Shown here: piece after piece, positions 17,230-28,600 of the stretch | How positions within the stretch are numbered: position 1 is the first letter of the stretch | How the letters are laid out: every line of letters starts with the position of its first letter | DNA from: Bacteroidales bacterium | GTDB lineage: Bacteria > Bacteroidota > Bacteroidia > Bacteroidales > JACABE01 | Length of the DNA stretch: 64,000 bases | Direction: 5' to 3' | NCBI GenBank assembly: GCA_038204725.1 | Contig: JBBRCQ010000003.1 | Coordinates: 84,148-148,147 of the forward strand | The notes under the pieces: generated by a model | Told to the model about the DNA's origin: nothing | What the model saw: only the letters and a program-made list of their open reading frames with translations | The model's database searches: none | Program-made: the position numbers and the translations under genes

Positions 17230-19080
17230 TTATTTCTCCTCTAAAAATTGGTTAAACGCAACCGTTAATTCATTGACAAAAAATGGCAATCCCTGCACTT
17301 TATTAAATTGTTTGTATTGATTTTCAGGATGTTTCATTCTGAGATAATTCACAAACTGACCTGAATTCAACTCACAAACAATAATTTTCTTGTGTTTCCT
17401 TAAAATTTCAGCTGTATTTTTAGGTAAAGGCATGATATAGTTAAAATGAGTATGTGCAACGCTTTTCCCTTCGGCTTGTAATTGTTCCACTGCTGATAGC
17501 ACAGCACCTTGAGTACCGCCCCAGCTTACAACCAATAATTCAGCATCCTCTTTACCAACTAAGGTTTGAAGTGGTATAAAATCAGCTACTTTTTGAACTT
17601 TTGCCTCTCTTAAATCCACCATGATCTGATGATTCATAGGATCAGTTGAAACATTACCTATAATATCTTCTTTTTCGAGTCCACCAATCCGGTGACGTAA
17701 ACCTTCGGTTCCTGGAATCGCCCATTGTCTTGCCAATGTTTCAGGATTTCTGCGGTAGGGTTTATAATCGGGGTCGTTTGCTTTTGCAATCGGTGGATTT
17801 ATTTTTGGCATATCTGCCATTTTAGGAATTTTGAATAATTGAGATCCATTACCCAGGTAACCGTCGGTTAACAAAATAACAGGCGTCATGTGTTCCATCG
17901 AAAGTTTAGCAGCTTCAAATGCGAAATAAAAACAATTAGAAGGTGTGGAAGCAGCTAAAATAATACAGGGAGCTTCACCATTTCTGCCAAACAAGGCCTG
18001 GTATAAATCGGATTGTTCTGATTTTGTTGGTAAACCGGTTGAAGGTCCTCCTCTTTGAACATCTACAATTACAAGTGGTAATTCAGTCATAATGGCTAAC
18101 CCGATGGCTTCGCTTTTCAATGACAAACCCGGCCCCGAAGTACTGGTACAAGCCAGTGATCCTGCAAAACTTGCGCCAATAGCAGAACAAATGCCTGCAA
18201 TTTCATCTTCAGCCTGAAAAACTTTAGCACCCAATGATTTATGTTTGGCTAACTCCATCAATATTTCAGTAGCAGGTGTAATAGGATAAGAACCTAAAAA
18301 TAATGGAATACCTGATTTTTCGGAAGCGGCAAGCAATCCCCAGGCAGTAGCAATATTTCCGGTAATATTTCTATAGTTTCCTTTTTCTAAGGATGATTTT
18401 GGAATATTTATCTGTGATTCTAAAAGTTCCACATTTTCAGCATAAATATAACCGGATTTTATGACGGTTTTATTGATTTCGCTGATCAGTGGATTTTTCT
18501 TGAATTTCACATCCAGGTATTTAAAAGTAGTATCGAAATCACGGTTGAAAATAAAATAGATCATCCCTAAAGCAAACATATTTCTGCTTTTTTCGGCTGT
18601 TTTATTATCTGTGGTTAATTCTTTGATGCTTTCTTTTGTAAATGATGTAATAGGTGCTTTGATCAAGTTGTATTTGTCAAGACTCCCATCATCCATTGGA
18701 TTGGATTTGTAACCTGATTTTTCAATCGTTTTTTCGTCAAAACTATCTGCATCCACGATGATGGTTGCACCAATTTTAGCCCACTTTATATTTGATTTTA
18801 AAGAAGCAGGGTTCATAGCAACCAATACGTCGCACAAATCACCTGTGGTGTGAACTTTTCTTCCTATATGTACCTGAAAGCCTGATACGCCAGCTATTGT
18901 ATTATGCGGTGCTCTGATTTCAGCCGGATAATCAGGAAATGTTGCGATGTCATTTCCACCTATTGCAGCATTGTCAGAAAAAAGTGTTCCTGTAAGTTGC
19001 ATTCCGTCTCCAGAATCTCCCACGAATTTTACAACAACATCTTCTCTTTCAATGAATTGTTTTATTGTTTTATCAGTCAT
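17230..19080 (-). CDS. korA: 2-oxoacid:ferredoxin oxidoreductase subunit alpha
   Basis: GDSGDGMQLTG, YPITPATE, QAEDEIA, TSGPGLSLK, QRGGPSTGLPTK. Confidence 0.93.
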   Translation of the reverse strand: MTDKTIKQFIEREDVVVKFVGDSGDGMQLTGTLFSDNAAIGGNDIATFPDYPAEIRAPHNTIAGVSGFQVHIGRKVHTTGDLCDVLVAMNPASLKSNIKWAKIGATIIVDADSFDEKTIEKSGYKSNPMDDGSLDKYNLIKAPITSFTKESIKELTTDNKTAEKSRNMFALGMIYFIFNRDFDTTFKYLDVKFKKNPLISEINKTVIKSGYIYAENVELLESQINIPKSSLEKGNYRNITGNIATAWGLLAASEKSGIPLFLGSYPITPATEILMELAKHKSLGAKVFQAEDEIAGICSAIGASFAGSLACTSTSGPGLSLKSEAIGLAIMTELPLVIVDVQRGGPSTGLPTKSEQSDLYQALFGRNGEAPCIILAASTPSNCFYFAFEAAKLSMEHMTPVILLTDGYLGNGSQLFKIPKMADMPKINPPIAKANDPDYKPYRRNPETLARQWAIPGTEGLRHRIGGLEKEDIIGNVSTDPMNHQIMVDLREAKVQKVADFIPLQTLVGKEDAELLVVSWGGTQGAVLSAVEQLQAEGKSVAHTHFNYIMPLPKNTAEILRKHKKIIVCELNSGQFVNYLRMKHPENQYKQFNKVQGLPFFVNELTVAFNQFLEEK

Positions 19081-19317
19081 TGTGATGAAATTTTTATTGA
19101 TAAATATCCTGCAAAGTTAAATATTTTATGTTTTGAGGACCATAAATCTTTCATTTATTTTTCAATCCTTAAAATTAAAGATAAAATATAGCGATGCTTC
19201 TCAACTTAACAGTAGTTTTCAATAAATATTGTATAAAACTATATACATTTTAATAAAGCATTTTGAATGGAAATGGAAAAATTTTTATTTGAAAAAAAAT
19301 CAATGGATTGCTTGTAC

Positions 19318-20409
19318 TTACTTTCCAAACAGCAACTTTTTGAATTTATAAAATATATCCGTATTTTCCATAAAACCCATGAATTCTTCAGCGCCGGGGC
19401 CATAAGCAAAAATGGGAACCATAACTGCTGTATGATTGGTTGTAGAAAATTTACCGTCTGGCTTACCTTTCTTTAAATCGCCATTGGGTATTGTATATCC
19501 TCCTGTTTCGTGGTCACCAGTAACAACCACCAATGTTTCACCGTTCTTTTGTGCATACTCCAATACCATTCCTACCACATTATCAAAATCAATCATTTCG
19601 CTGATCAGCGAATCTTGGGTGTTGTTATGACAGGCCCAGTCGATCTGAGAACCTTCAATCATCATAAAAAACCCTTTTTTGTTTTTTTCCAGAATAGCTA
19701 TTGCTTTTTTGCTGGATTTACCCAACATTTCACCTCTCCCGTCTGCCATTAGTGGTGGATGTTCAGCATACAATAAGCCAGCAATTTTGCCTTTGGTAAT
19801 ATCGTTCAATTGATCCAGATTATAAACTACCTGATAGTTGTTTTTTCTCAAACTGTCGCTGAGGTTTCTTTTATCTGAACGTTTTTCAAAATAGTTTCGA
19901 CCTCCACCTATAAAAATATCCACATCTGTTTTTAAGTACCAGTTTGCAATGTCTTCATAACTATTCCTACCTGCCTCATGAGCTATAAAAGCAGCAGGTG
20001 TAGCATGCGTAACGGCACAACTGGCTACTAAACCTGTGGAAAGTCCCTTTGATTCGGCTAATTCGAGTATAGTTGGCAAAATCTGTTTATTGGTATCAAC
20101 AGCTAAATATCCATTTTTAGTTTTGGTTCCTGTTGAAAATGCTGTAGCTCCGGCTGCAGAATCAGTTATATAATCATTGGCAGAATAAGTTTTGTGAAAT
20201 CCTACCACCTTAAATTTTGCAATATTCAGATTATCTTTTTTGGCTGTAAGTGCTGCATAAATCTGAGCTGTTCCCATGCCATCGCCTATAAGAAAAATAA
20301 TATTTTTCGGTCTTTGTGCTTTTTTAGGATTGGGAGAACCGGCATAAATAGATGTATAACTATAAAGTGCGAAGAACATGATAAATACACATCTGATATA
20401 ATTTCTCAT
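19318..20409 (-). CDS. phoA: Alkaline phosphatase
   Basis: IGDGMG, TDSAAGAT (catalytic Ser), THATPA, EGSQIDWACH, GDHETGG; signal peptide. Confidence 0.92.
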   Translation of the reverse strand: MRNYIRCVFIMFFALYSYTSIYAGSPNPKKAQRPKNIIFLIGDGMGTAQIYAALTAKKDNLNIAKFKVVGFHKTYSANDYITDSAAGATAFSTGTKTKNGYLAVDTNKQILPTILELAESKGLSTGLVASCAVTHATPAAFIAHEAGRNSYEDIANWYLKTDVDIFIGGGRNYFEKRSDKRNLSDSLRKNNYQVVYNLDQLNDITKGKIAGLLYAEHPPLMADGRGEMLGKSSKKAIAILEKNKKGFFMMIEGSQIDWACHNNTQDSLISEMIDFDNVVGMVLEYAQKNGETLVVVTGDHETGGYTIPNGDLKKGKPDGKFSTTNHTAVMVPIFAYGPGAEEFMGFMENTDIFYKFKKLLFGK

Positions 20410-20434
20410 TATAATAAAATCTTGATTTTTAAAA

Positions 20435-20791
20435 TTATTCTTTTAATGGAGTAGATTGGCGTGCAGCAAGTTGATTGATTACTTCAATATATATCTGAGA
20501 GAGTTCTTTGGTATGAAAACAATAATATTCCATACTTTTTAAAAATTGTTGACGACTTATACTATGTTTTTTATATAAATAATTGTAATAATGCGTCGTG
20601 TTTTGTTTGAGAAGGGTAGTATCCTGAATAGAATTAACCAAAGCAGCTTCAATAAGATAAATATCGGTTAAGACATTCTTCATTTGTTCATGATTAAGTA
20701 TCGTCTCACGATTGACAGGCGTTGATTCCTTTTTAGCATTGCAAGCAAACAAAAGGAGTGCTACAAAAAATAAACAGATATTTTTTTTCAT
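20435..20791 (-). CDS. DUF4296-family lipoprotein
   Basis: Start moved to MKKNICLFFVALLLFAC (lipobox); M..VL.D..L.EA and F..S..YY motifs. Confidence 0.7.
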   Translation of the reverse strand: MKKNICLFFVALLLFACNAKKESTPVNRETILNHEQMKNVLTDIYLIEAALVNSIQDTTLLKQNTTHYYNYLYKKHSISRQQFLKSMEYYCFHTKELSQIYIEVINQLAARQSTPLKE

Positions 20792-20795
20792 TTTT

Positions 20796-22157
20796 CTATT
20801 TATTAAACAACAACCGCTGACCCTTAGTAGATTCATTGAATTGACCATCGCAATATACCAGATTTCCGTTTACAAAAGTATGGGTAATCTTCGATAAAAA
20901 AGTATGTCCTTCAAAAGGAGACCATGCACATTTGTATAATATATTGTTCTTATGTACTTCCCATGGGTTGTTCAAATCTATCAATATCAGGTCGGCATGG
21001 TAACCTTTGCGTATAAACCCTCTTTTTTCGATACCAAATAAAATAGCAGGATTGTGACACATTTTCTCAACAATTCTTTCCAGTGGTATTTTGTTCTTAT
21101 GAAACAAATCGAGCATAGCTACCAATGAGTGCTGTACCAAAGGACCACCCGAAGGGGTTTTGAAATAAGTATTTTGCTTTTCTTCCAGCGAATGCGGTGC
21201 ATGGTCGGTTGCAATAACATCAATATTATCGGACAAAACAGCAGCTAACAATGTTTCTCTATCCATGACAGTTTTAATGGCAGGATTCCATTTAATGAAA
21301 CTTCCCTTTTTGTCATAATCTTCGTTGGAAAACCATAAATGATGCACACAAACTTCAGATGTAATACGTTTTTCGCTCAATGGGATTGTATTGTCAAACA
21401 AAGCTGTTTCTTCAGCTGTGGATAAATGAAGGATGTGGATACGTGTATTGTGCTTTTTAGCTAAGTTTACAGCAAAAGAAGAAGATATAAAACATGCTTC
21501 GCGGCTTCTTATGAGTGGATGTGCCTGCATTGGAATCTCTTCACCGTATTTTTCCTTATAAATTTGCACATTTTTTCTGATTGTATTTTCATCTTCACAA
21601 TGCAAGGCAATGAGCATTTTTGATTTTGAGAAGATATTTTCCAATGTTTCGGGATTGTCAACCAACATATTACCTGTAGAAGCACCCATAAATAATTTTA
21701 TACCACAGACATTGCGAGGATTGGTTTTAAGCACTTCTTCGATATTATCGTTGGAAGCGCCCATATAGAAGGAGTAGTTTGCCAGGGATTTTTCCGCAGC
21801 TAACTTGTATTTTTCTTCTAACAATTCCTGTGTAAGAGTTTGTGGATTGGTATTCGGCATTTCCATAAATGAAGTAATGCCTCCGGCCACAGCAGCTTTG
21901 CTTTCTGAGTATATATCGCCTTTGTAAGTTAAACCGGGTTCCCTAAAATGCACTTGATCATCAATAATTCCGGGTAATAGATATTTCCCTTCTGCATTTA
22001 TTTTAATAAACCCGTCATATTTCCTATAAAAATCATCGGGATGACTATCAAAAGAGATTTCAAGAATGTGATCGTTCTCTATCGCTATATTTCCTTTTTT
22101 TATCTGGCCTTCATTTATAATGTTGGCTTGTAGGATTACATAATTCGATTGTTTCAT
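20796..22157 (-). CDS. pyrC: Dihydroorotase
   Basis: PGIIDDQVHFREPG, AAVAGGITS..EMPNT, KWNPAIK, ATDHAPH. Confidence 0.92.
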   Translation of the reverse strand: MKQSNYVILQANIINEGQIKKGNIAIENDHILEISFDSHPDDFYRKYDGFIKINAEGKYLLPGIIDDQVHFREPGLTYKGDIYSESKAAVAGGITSFMEMPNTNPQTLTQELLEEKYKLAAEKSLANYSFYMGASNDNIEEVLKTNPRNVCGIKLFMGASTGNMLVDNPETLENIFSKSKMLIALHCEDENTIRKNVQIYKEKYGEEIPMQAHPLIRSREACFISSSFAVNLAKKHNTRIHILHLSTAEETALFDNTIPLSEKRITSEVCVHHLWFSNEDYDKKGSFIKWNPAIKTVMDRETLLAAVLSDNIDVIATDHAPHSLEEKQNTYFKTPSGGPLVQHSLVAMLDLFHKNKIPLERIVEKMCHNPAILFGIEKRGFIRKGYHADLILIDLNNPWEVHKNNILYKCAWSPFEGHTFLSKITHTFVNGNLVYCDGQFNESTKGQRLLFNK

Positions 22158-22198
22158 GATCTCTATTTATAAAAAAACCGCATAAAGCGGTCTTTTGG

Positions 22199-22936
22199 TT
22201 ATTGTAATCGTTTGTATTTCTTAAACCAGCTTGACATTTTCATACTCAACACACCAATAAATGCTTCTTTGAAAATACTTTTGCTCATTTTTGAAGTTCC
22301 TTCCGTTCTGTCAGTAAAAATAATTGGAACTTCTACTACATTGAAACCTAGCTTGCAAGCTGTAAATTTCATTTCTATCTGGAAAGCATAACCCATAAAT
22401 TTTATTTTATCTAAATCAATGGCTCTCAATACCTCAGCACGGTAACATTTAAAACCAGCAGTGGTATCCATAATTTTCATCCTTGTAACCATTCTTACAT
22501 AGATAGATGCGAAATATGACATCAGAACACGACCCATAGGCCAGTTGACTACATTTACACCATTGATATAACGCGAACCAATAGCAACATCGCCGCCTTT
22601 GTTGGCACATGCATCGTACAAACGCATTAAATCCTCAGGATTATGAGAAAAATCAGCATCCATTTCGAAAATATATTCATATTTTTTAGTCAATGCCCAT
22701 TTAAATCCATGAATATAAGCTGTTCCCAGTCCAAGTTTACCTTTTCTTTCTTCAATAAAAAGTTTTCCGGGAAATTCCTGTATAAGTTTTTTAACTATCA
22801 TGGCAGTTCCATCCGGCGAATTGTCTTCAACTATTAATATATCAAATGATTGTTGAAGAGAAAAAACTTTACGGATAATACGTTCAATATTTTCTTTTTC
22901 GTTGTATGTTGGAATTATAACAATACTGTCTGACAT
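22199..22936 (-). CDS. Polyprenol monophosphomannose synthase (GT2)
   Basis: IIPTYNE, DNSPDGT, KLGLGTAY, EMDADFSHNP, GSRY. Confidence 0.9.
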   Translation of the reverse strand: MSDSIVIIPTYNEKENIERIIRKVFSLQQSFDILIVEDNSPDGTAMIVKKLIQEFPGKLFIEERKGKLGLGTAYIHGFKWALTKKYEYIFEMDADFSHNPEDLMRLYDACANKGGDVAIGSRYINGVNVVNWPMGRVLMSYFASIYVRMVTRMKIMDTTAGFKCYRAEVLRAIDLDKIKFMGYAFQIEMKFTACKLGFNVVEVPIIFTDRTEGTSKMSKSIFKEAFIGVLSMKMSSWFKKYKRLQ

Positions 22937-23059
22937 AGGATTACGTTTTATTTTGAATAACTATTTCTACCGGCAAAAATATATGAAATTAAATGAATTT
23001 CAAAGTAATCATTTAATTAAAAGTTACAATGACCAATGCTTTGTAATTAATAAATGTTT

Positions 23060-24112
23060 TTATTTTTCTTTAACCAAAAAAACATAAACCGGAAAATGGT
23101 CGCTATAGCCACCCATAAAAGTGGTTCCGACATAAGTTCTCCATGGATAACCTGAAAATGCTCCGTCTTTGGTAGTAAGATAATTTTTATTATAAACTTT
23201 GGCCTGATACAAACGATAGGACGATTTATCTTTTTCAATCAAAGCATAAGATACAATAATCTGGTCGAACAGATTCCATGAATCTCTATAAGCCAATGAA
23301 CCGACTCCATCTTTATACAACTTGTACATAGGGTTATACAAATCACTGGGTTTGGTTTCTTCTATTGTTTTTTTGGCTTTTAAATATTTTAATACACTGG
23401 CATTGGAAGGGTCATCATTTAAATCGCCCATAATCAATATTTTGGCATTAGGATCTTTTAGCATAATTGAATCAGCAATAGAACGACACACCTGAGCAGC
23501 CCTTGCACGTTTAGGTTCACTTTTTTTCTCACCTCCACTTCTTGAAGGCCAGTGGTTTACAATAACACAAATGGGATCTCCGTCAAACAGGCCATAAACA
23601 ACCAATTGAGAACGGGTATAAAAACCTGTATCACCAGGTAACTTAACTTCTACCGGATAGCTATTTGTAACCGTAAAATGCTGTTTTTGAAAGATTAATC
23701 CAACATCAACGCCTCTTTTATCAGGTGACTCGTAATGAACAATTCCGTAATTCATTGGTTTTAATGCAGGCTGATCGATTAAATCCTGCAAAACAGCTCT
23801 ATTTTCAATTTCAGCAATGCCCATAATAACAGGACCACCTTTTACCATTTCGTCTCCGATTTTAGAAATCACTTCCGAAATATTCTTCAACTTAATATAA
23901 TATCTTTCACTGTTCCATCGATTTTTACCTTCAGGTGTAAATTCATCCCCAAGAAAATTGTCTTGCAGTATGGTGTCGAATAAATTTTCGATATTATAAA
24001 ACCCGATACAACCTACTTTGGCCTGCTTTTGTTGTTGAGCATTGATTGTTTGAAAAAACAACATTGTGCTAACTATAAAATATATTCCAAAAACTCTGAT
24101 TTTTAAATTCAT
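23060..24112 (-). CDS. Secreted endonuclease/exonuclease/phosphatase family protein
   Basis: FYNIENLFD, EIEN, NHWPSR, MGDLND, FDQI, GYSDHFPV. Confidence 0.9.
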   Translation of the reverse strand: MNLKIRVFGIYFIVSTMLFFQTINAQQQKQAKVGCIGFYNIENLFDTILQDNFLGDEFTPEGKNRWNSERYYIKLKNISEVISKIGDEMVKGGPVIMGIAEIENRAVLQDLIDQPALKPMNYGIVHYESPDKRGVDVGLIFQKQHFTVTNSYPVEVKLPGDTGFYTRSQLVVYGLFDGDPICVIVNHWPSRSGGEKKSEPKRARAAQVCRSIADSIMLKDPNAKILIMGDLNDDPSNASVLKYLKAKKTIEETKPSDLYNPMYKLYKDGVGSLAYRDSWNLFDQIIVSYALIEKDKSSYRLYQAKVYNKNYLTTKDGAFSGYPWRTYVGTTFMGGYSDHFPVYVFLVKEK

Positions 24113-24320
24113 GCGTATTTTTTTAAGTGTTTACTTCCAATTTCAATGCAATAGGTCCTAAATTAACATACAAAGATACACTCTTTTTAAATACTCGAAT
24201 AAAAATATGTGTATCATTCTATTTTTTATCAACTTTTAACAATGAAAGCAAGAAACCAGTATGAAATTTGCATTAATATTTTTTATACTTTTGTAAATTA
24301 CAATTGTCAATTTATATTAT

Positions 24321-24872
24321 ATGAACAAAATACTCATATTGTGCTGCTTATGCTTTTCATTCTTTTCAGGAAATTTTCTGTTAACCAACAAAAACAGTAT
24401 TGCTGATAAAGAAAATAATCAAACTGATGCAAAAAAACTGAATATACTTTTGTTTGTAATAGAACGCAATATAAACAAAAATATCGTATGTTACGATGCA
24501 AATATTTTAAAAAACGGAACTTTAAATATAGAAGATCCTATTGATGCATATTGGCTGGAAAATGAGACGAATGGTAAAAGATCGGAATTAAGCTATTTAC
24601 AACGTCGTATGGCTTATGGATTTAGTTTTGAAAAAACGGCTATGGGAAATGTATATGTTACTCTAAAAGCTTTTGACAAAAGAAAAATATTGGTTTCGGT
24701 TGATAAAAAAGGCAATTCTCATGCATTGATAAAAATAAACGGTTCAGATGCCAATTTGACCAGAATTTTCGTAACTGCCAGGCCAAAAATGTACACAACT
24801 GTTGAATTCATTGAGTTATACGGAAATGATATCAGAACCGGAAAAGCGTTGTATGAAAAAATATTAAACTAA
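24321..24872 (+). CDS. DUF4833-like secreted protein
   Basis: LFVIERNINKNIVCYDAN...PIDAYW...LSYLQRRMAYG motifs; signal peptide. Confidence 0.7.
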   Translation: MNKILILCCLCFSFFSGNFLLTNKNSIADKENNQTDAKKLNILLFVIERNINKNIVCYDANILKNGTLNIEDPIDAYWLENETNGKRSELSYLQRRMAYGFSFEKTAMGNVYVTLKAFDKRKILVSVDKKGNSHALIKINGSDANLTRIFVTARPKMYTTVEFIELYGNDIRTGKALYEKILN

Positions 24873-24878
24873 AAAATC

Positions 24879-25346
24879 ATGAACAATAACGACATCTTGC
24901 GCCGTATCCGCTATACCTTTGATTTCAACGATTCTAAAATGATAGAAATATTCGGATTGGCTGATGTTCAGGTAACACGTGCACAAATCAGCAATTGGTT
25001 AAAAAAGGAAGATGATCCCGCTTACCAGGAACTCAGTGACAACGAACTGGCCATTTTCCTCAATGGCCTGATCAACGACAGACGAGGCAGAAAAGAAGGT
25101 GAGCAGCCCATTCCTGAAGATTTCCTAGACAACAATATGATCTTCCGTAAATTAAAAATTGCACTCAACCTGAAGGATGATGATATCCTTGAGATTCTTA
25201 AACTGGTAGATTTACGCATCGGCAAACATGAACTGAGTGCTTTTTTCCGCAATCCTAGCCAAAGCCAGTACAGGCCTTGTCAGGATCAGTTTTTGCGTAA
25301 CTTTATGCATGGAATGCAATTGAAATACCGTGCAGATAAAAAATAG
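24879..25346 (+). CDS. DUF1456 / YehS family protein
   Basis: MNNNDILRRIRYTFD, FLNGLI..RRG, NNMIFRKLKIAL, HELSAFFR, YRPCQDQFLRNF. Confidence 0.9.
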   Translation: MNNNDILRRIRYTFDFNDSKMIEIFGLADVQVTRAQISNWLKKEDDPAYQELSDNELAIFLNGLINDRRGRKEGEQPIPEDFLDNNMIFRKLKIALNLKDDDILEILKLVDLRIGKHELSAFFRNPSQSQYRPCQDQFLRNFMHGMQLKYRADKK

Positions 25347-25387
25347 AACTTTTTAAGAATAAAGAATAAATTTAAAGGTTCTTTATT

Positions 25388-25560
25388 ATGATAAAAAGAT
25401 TGTTTGCAATAGGAGATATCAACGAATGCTTCAATAAATTCCAAAAATTGATTGAAGAGAAAATTCAGATAAAAAAAATGATTACACCATTCTGTTTGGC
25501 GAATACATCGACAGAGGATCTGTCAGCAAAAATCTTGTTGATTACGATATATTTACAGCA
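25388..25560 (+). pseudogene. Frameshifted, truncated Ser/Thr phosphatase (metallophosphoesterase) remnant
   Basis: AIGDINEC (cf. GDIHGC), then after an A-run near 25470 a different frame reads ILFGEYIDRG (cf. LGDYIDRG); the rest of the gene is missing. Confidence 0.75.
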
Positions 25561-25674
25561 AAATAATCATAATAATTAGCTTATAAAATTGGTATTTATA
25601 ATTTGAATGAATTTTTAAGAAAAATATTCATTCAATTCCTCTAACTTTGCAAAAATTTTTAAAGCAATAAAGAA

Positions 25675-28600
25675 TTGCAGACACTAGATTTAACTAAATT
25701 GTATGCCGGGGACCAGCGTGTTTCCGGCTTGAGTGCTTTGTTGCATAAGGAAAAAACCCTGCGTTACAATATAAAAGGCTTGAATGGTTCTGCCCTTTCA
25801 TTGGTAGCCCATGCAGTCATCAAACAGAGCCCTGGCATTCATTTGTTTATCCTCAGCGACAAAGAAAAAGCAGCCTATTTTTACAACGATCTTGAAAACC
25901 TTTTCGGAGAAGCCGATTTTGATTATGGCAACAAAAATATATTGTTTTATCCTACTTCCTACAAACGGCCTTATCAGATTGAAGCAGTAGAAAATGCCAA
26001 TGTATTGTTGCGTTCGGAAGTCCTCAATCGTCTGAGCCATGCCAGGAAAAGCCCCATCATTGTCACCTATCCGGAAGCATTGTGCGAAAAAGTAATTACA
26101 CAAAAAAACCTGATCCGCAACACCTTAAAATTGCAAAAAGGAGAAAGTGTAAATCACGAGTTTATTACCGATCTGCTGATAGAATATGAATTTGAAAGGG
26201 TTGATTTTGTGACAGAACCCGGGCAGTTTTCAATACGCGGCGGTCTGGTTGATGTATTTTCTTTTTCCAACGATTTCCCTTACCGTATTGAGTTTTTTGG
26301 CGATGAAGTTGAGTCTATCCGTACCTTTAATCCTGTGAATCAACTGTCGAAACAACAATTGGATGCAATTTCGATTTTACCCAATATACAACATCAAAAG
26401 TTTGGAGAATACCGTGAAAGTTTGCTGCAGTTCATCCCAAAACCTGCAACGGTCTGGGTTGAAAACATGGAATATGCTGCTGAGAAAATACAAACCTCCT
26501 TCGAAAAAGCAGAACTTGCCTTTGAAGAAATAAAAGTAGATACAGGACATAAAAAACCAACCCAACTTTTTGTAACAGCCAGTGAATTTTTAAATGAAAT
26601 TCTGGATTTCAACATCCTCGAAATTGGGAATTACACGCTTTTACAAAAAAATAAAGACCTTGTTTTCAACACCAATTCACAACCGGTTTTCAACAAAAAC
26701 TTTGAACTGCTCTTTAGGAATCTTGTTGAAAATACCGAAAACAACTTTACCAATATCATTGTTTCGGAGAATCCGAAGCAAATTGAAAGACTGGACCGTA
26801 TTTTCTCAGAAATCAATACCAACAAAGAGCCTTTAATATACACCCACTTATCATGTGCACTCAACGAAGGTTTTATTGATAAAGACCTCAAAATCTGTTG
26901 CTATACCGACCATCAGATTTTTGAACGCTATCATAAATACAAACTCAACGAATTTTCGCAAAACAAAGAAGCCATCACCCTCAAGGAAATTTACGATCTT
27001 AAACCAGGTGACTTTGTAACACATACCGATCATGGGATCGGACGGTATGGTGGCCTCGAAAAGATCAACAACAACGGTAAAGAACAGGAAGCCATCCGTT
27101 TGATATACAAAGACGATGACATTTTATACGTAAGCATACATTCGCTGCACCGTATTTCAAGATATTCAGGACGAGAAGGAAGTTTGCCCAATCTCAGCAG
27201 ACTGGGTTCACCGGCATGGCAAAACCTGAAAAACAAAACCAAGCAAAAGGTCAAGGATATTGCAAAGGATTTAATTAAACTCTATGCTGAACGCAAGACT
27301 GCCAAAGGATTTGCCTTTAATGCAGATACATATTTGCAAAACGAGCTGGAAGCTTCTTTTATATACGAGGATACACCCGACCAATTGAAAGCCACCCTGG
27401 ATGTAAAAAGGGATATGGAAGCTGACTTCCCCATGGATCGTCTGGTATGTGGTGATGTAGGATTTGGTAAAACTGAAATTGCCGTTCGTGCTGCTTTTAA
27501 AGCGGTTGCTGACAGTAAGCAGGTAGCTGTACTGGTACCCACTACCATACTTGCTTTGCAACATTCCAAAACTTTTAAAGAAAGACTAGGTAATTTCCCC
27601 TGTAACATCGAATATATCAATCGTTTTAAAACTGCCGCTCAAAAAACACAAATATTAAAAGATCTTAAAGCTGGGAAAATAGATATTCTGATCGGAACCC
27701 ATCGTCTGGTTAGCAAAGATATCACTTTCAAAGACCTTGGACTTTTGATTATAGATGAAGAGCAAAAGTTTGGCGTTTCGGTGAAGGAAAAGCTCAAACA
27801 AATCAAGGTAGATGTGGATACACTCACACTCACTGCAACTCCTATTCCACGCACCTTGCAGTTTTCGCTGATGGGAGCCCGGGATTTGTCTATTATGAAC
27901 ACTCCTCCGCCCAACCGACATCCGATTCATACCGAATTACATTCGTTTAATGAAGAATTAATTAGAGATGCAGTATTACAAGAGGTATCCAGAGGTGGGC
28001 AGGTGTTTTTTGTCCACAACCGCGTACAAAGCATACTTGAAGTTGCCGGAATGTTGCAACGATTACTGCCCGACATTAAGATCGCCATCGGACACGGCCA
28101 GATGGACGGACACAAACTGGAAAAAATTATGCTCGATTTTATCGACGGGGAATATGATGTATTATTGGCAACTACTATTATCGAAAACGGGTTGGATATT
28201 CCAAATGCTAATACCATTATTATCAACGAGGCTCATACTTACGGATTGAGCGACCTGCATCAATTGCGAGGTCGTGTGGGCCGTTCCAACAAAAAATCTT
28301 TTTGCTATTTAATAGCTCCGCCATTGACTGTGCTTACCGATGAAGCCCGCAAAAGGCTGAAAGCTATCGAAGAGTTTTCCGATATTGGAAGTGGTTTCAA
28401 TATTGCCATGCGTGATTTGGATATCCGAGGAGCAGGAGATATTTTGGGAGGCGAACAAAGTGGTTTTATCTCAGAAATAGGATTTGATATGTATCACAAA
28501 ATTCTGGATGAAGCCATTACCGAACTTAAAGAAAACGATTTTAAAGCATTGTATTACAATGAAGATGAAGAAATTGAATTTGTAAAAGAATGTACCATCG

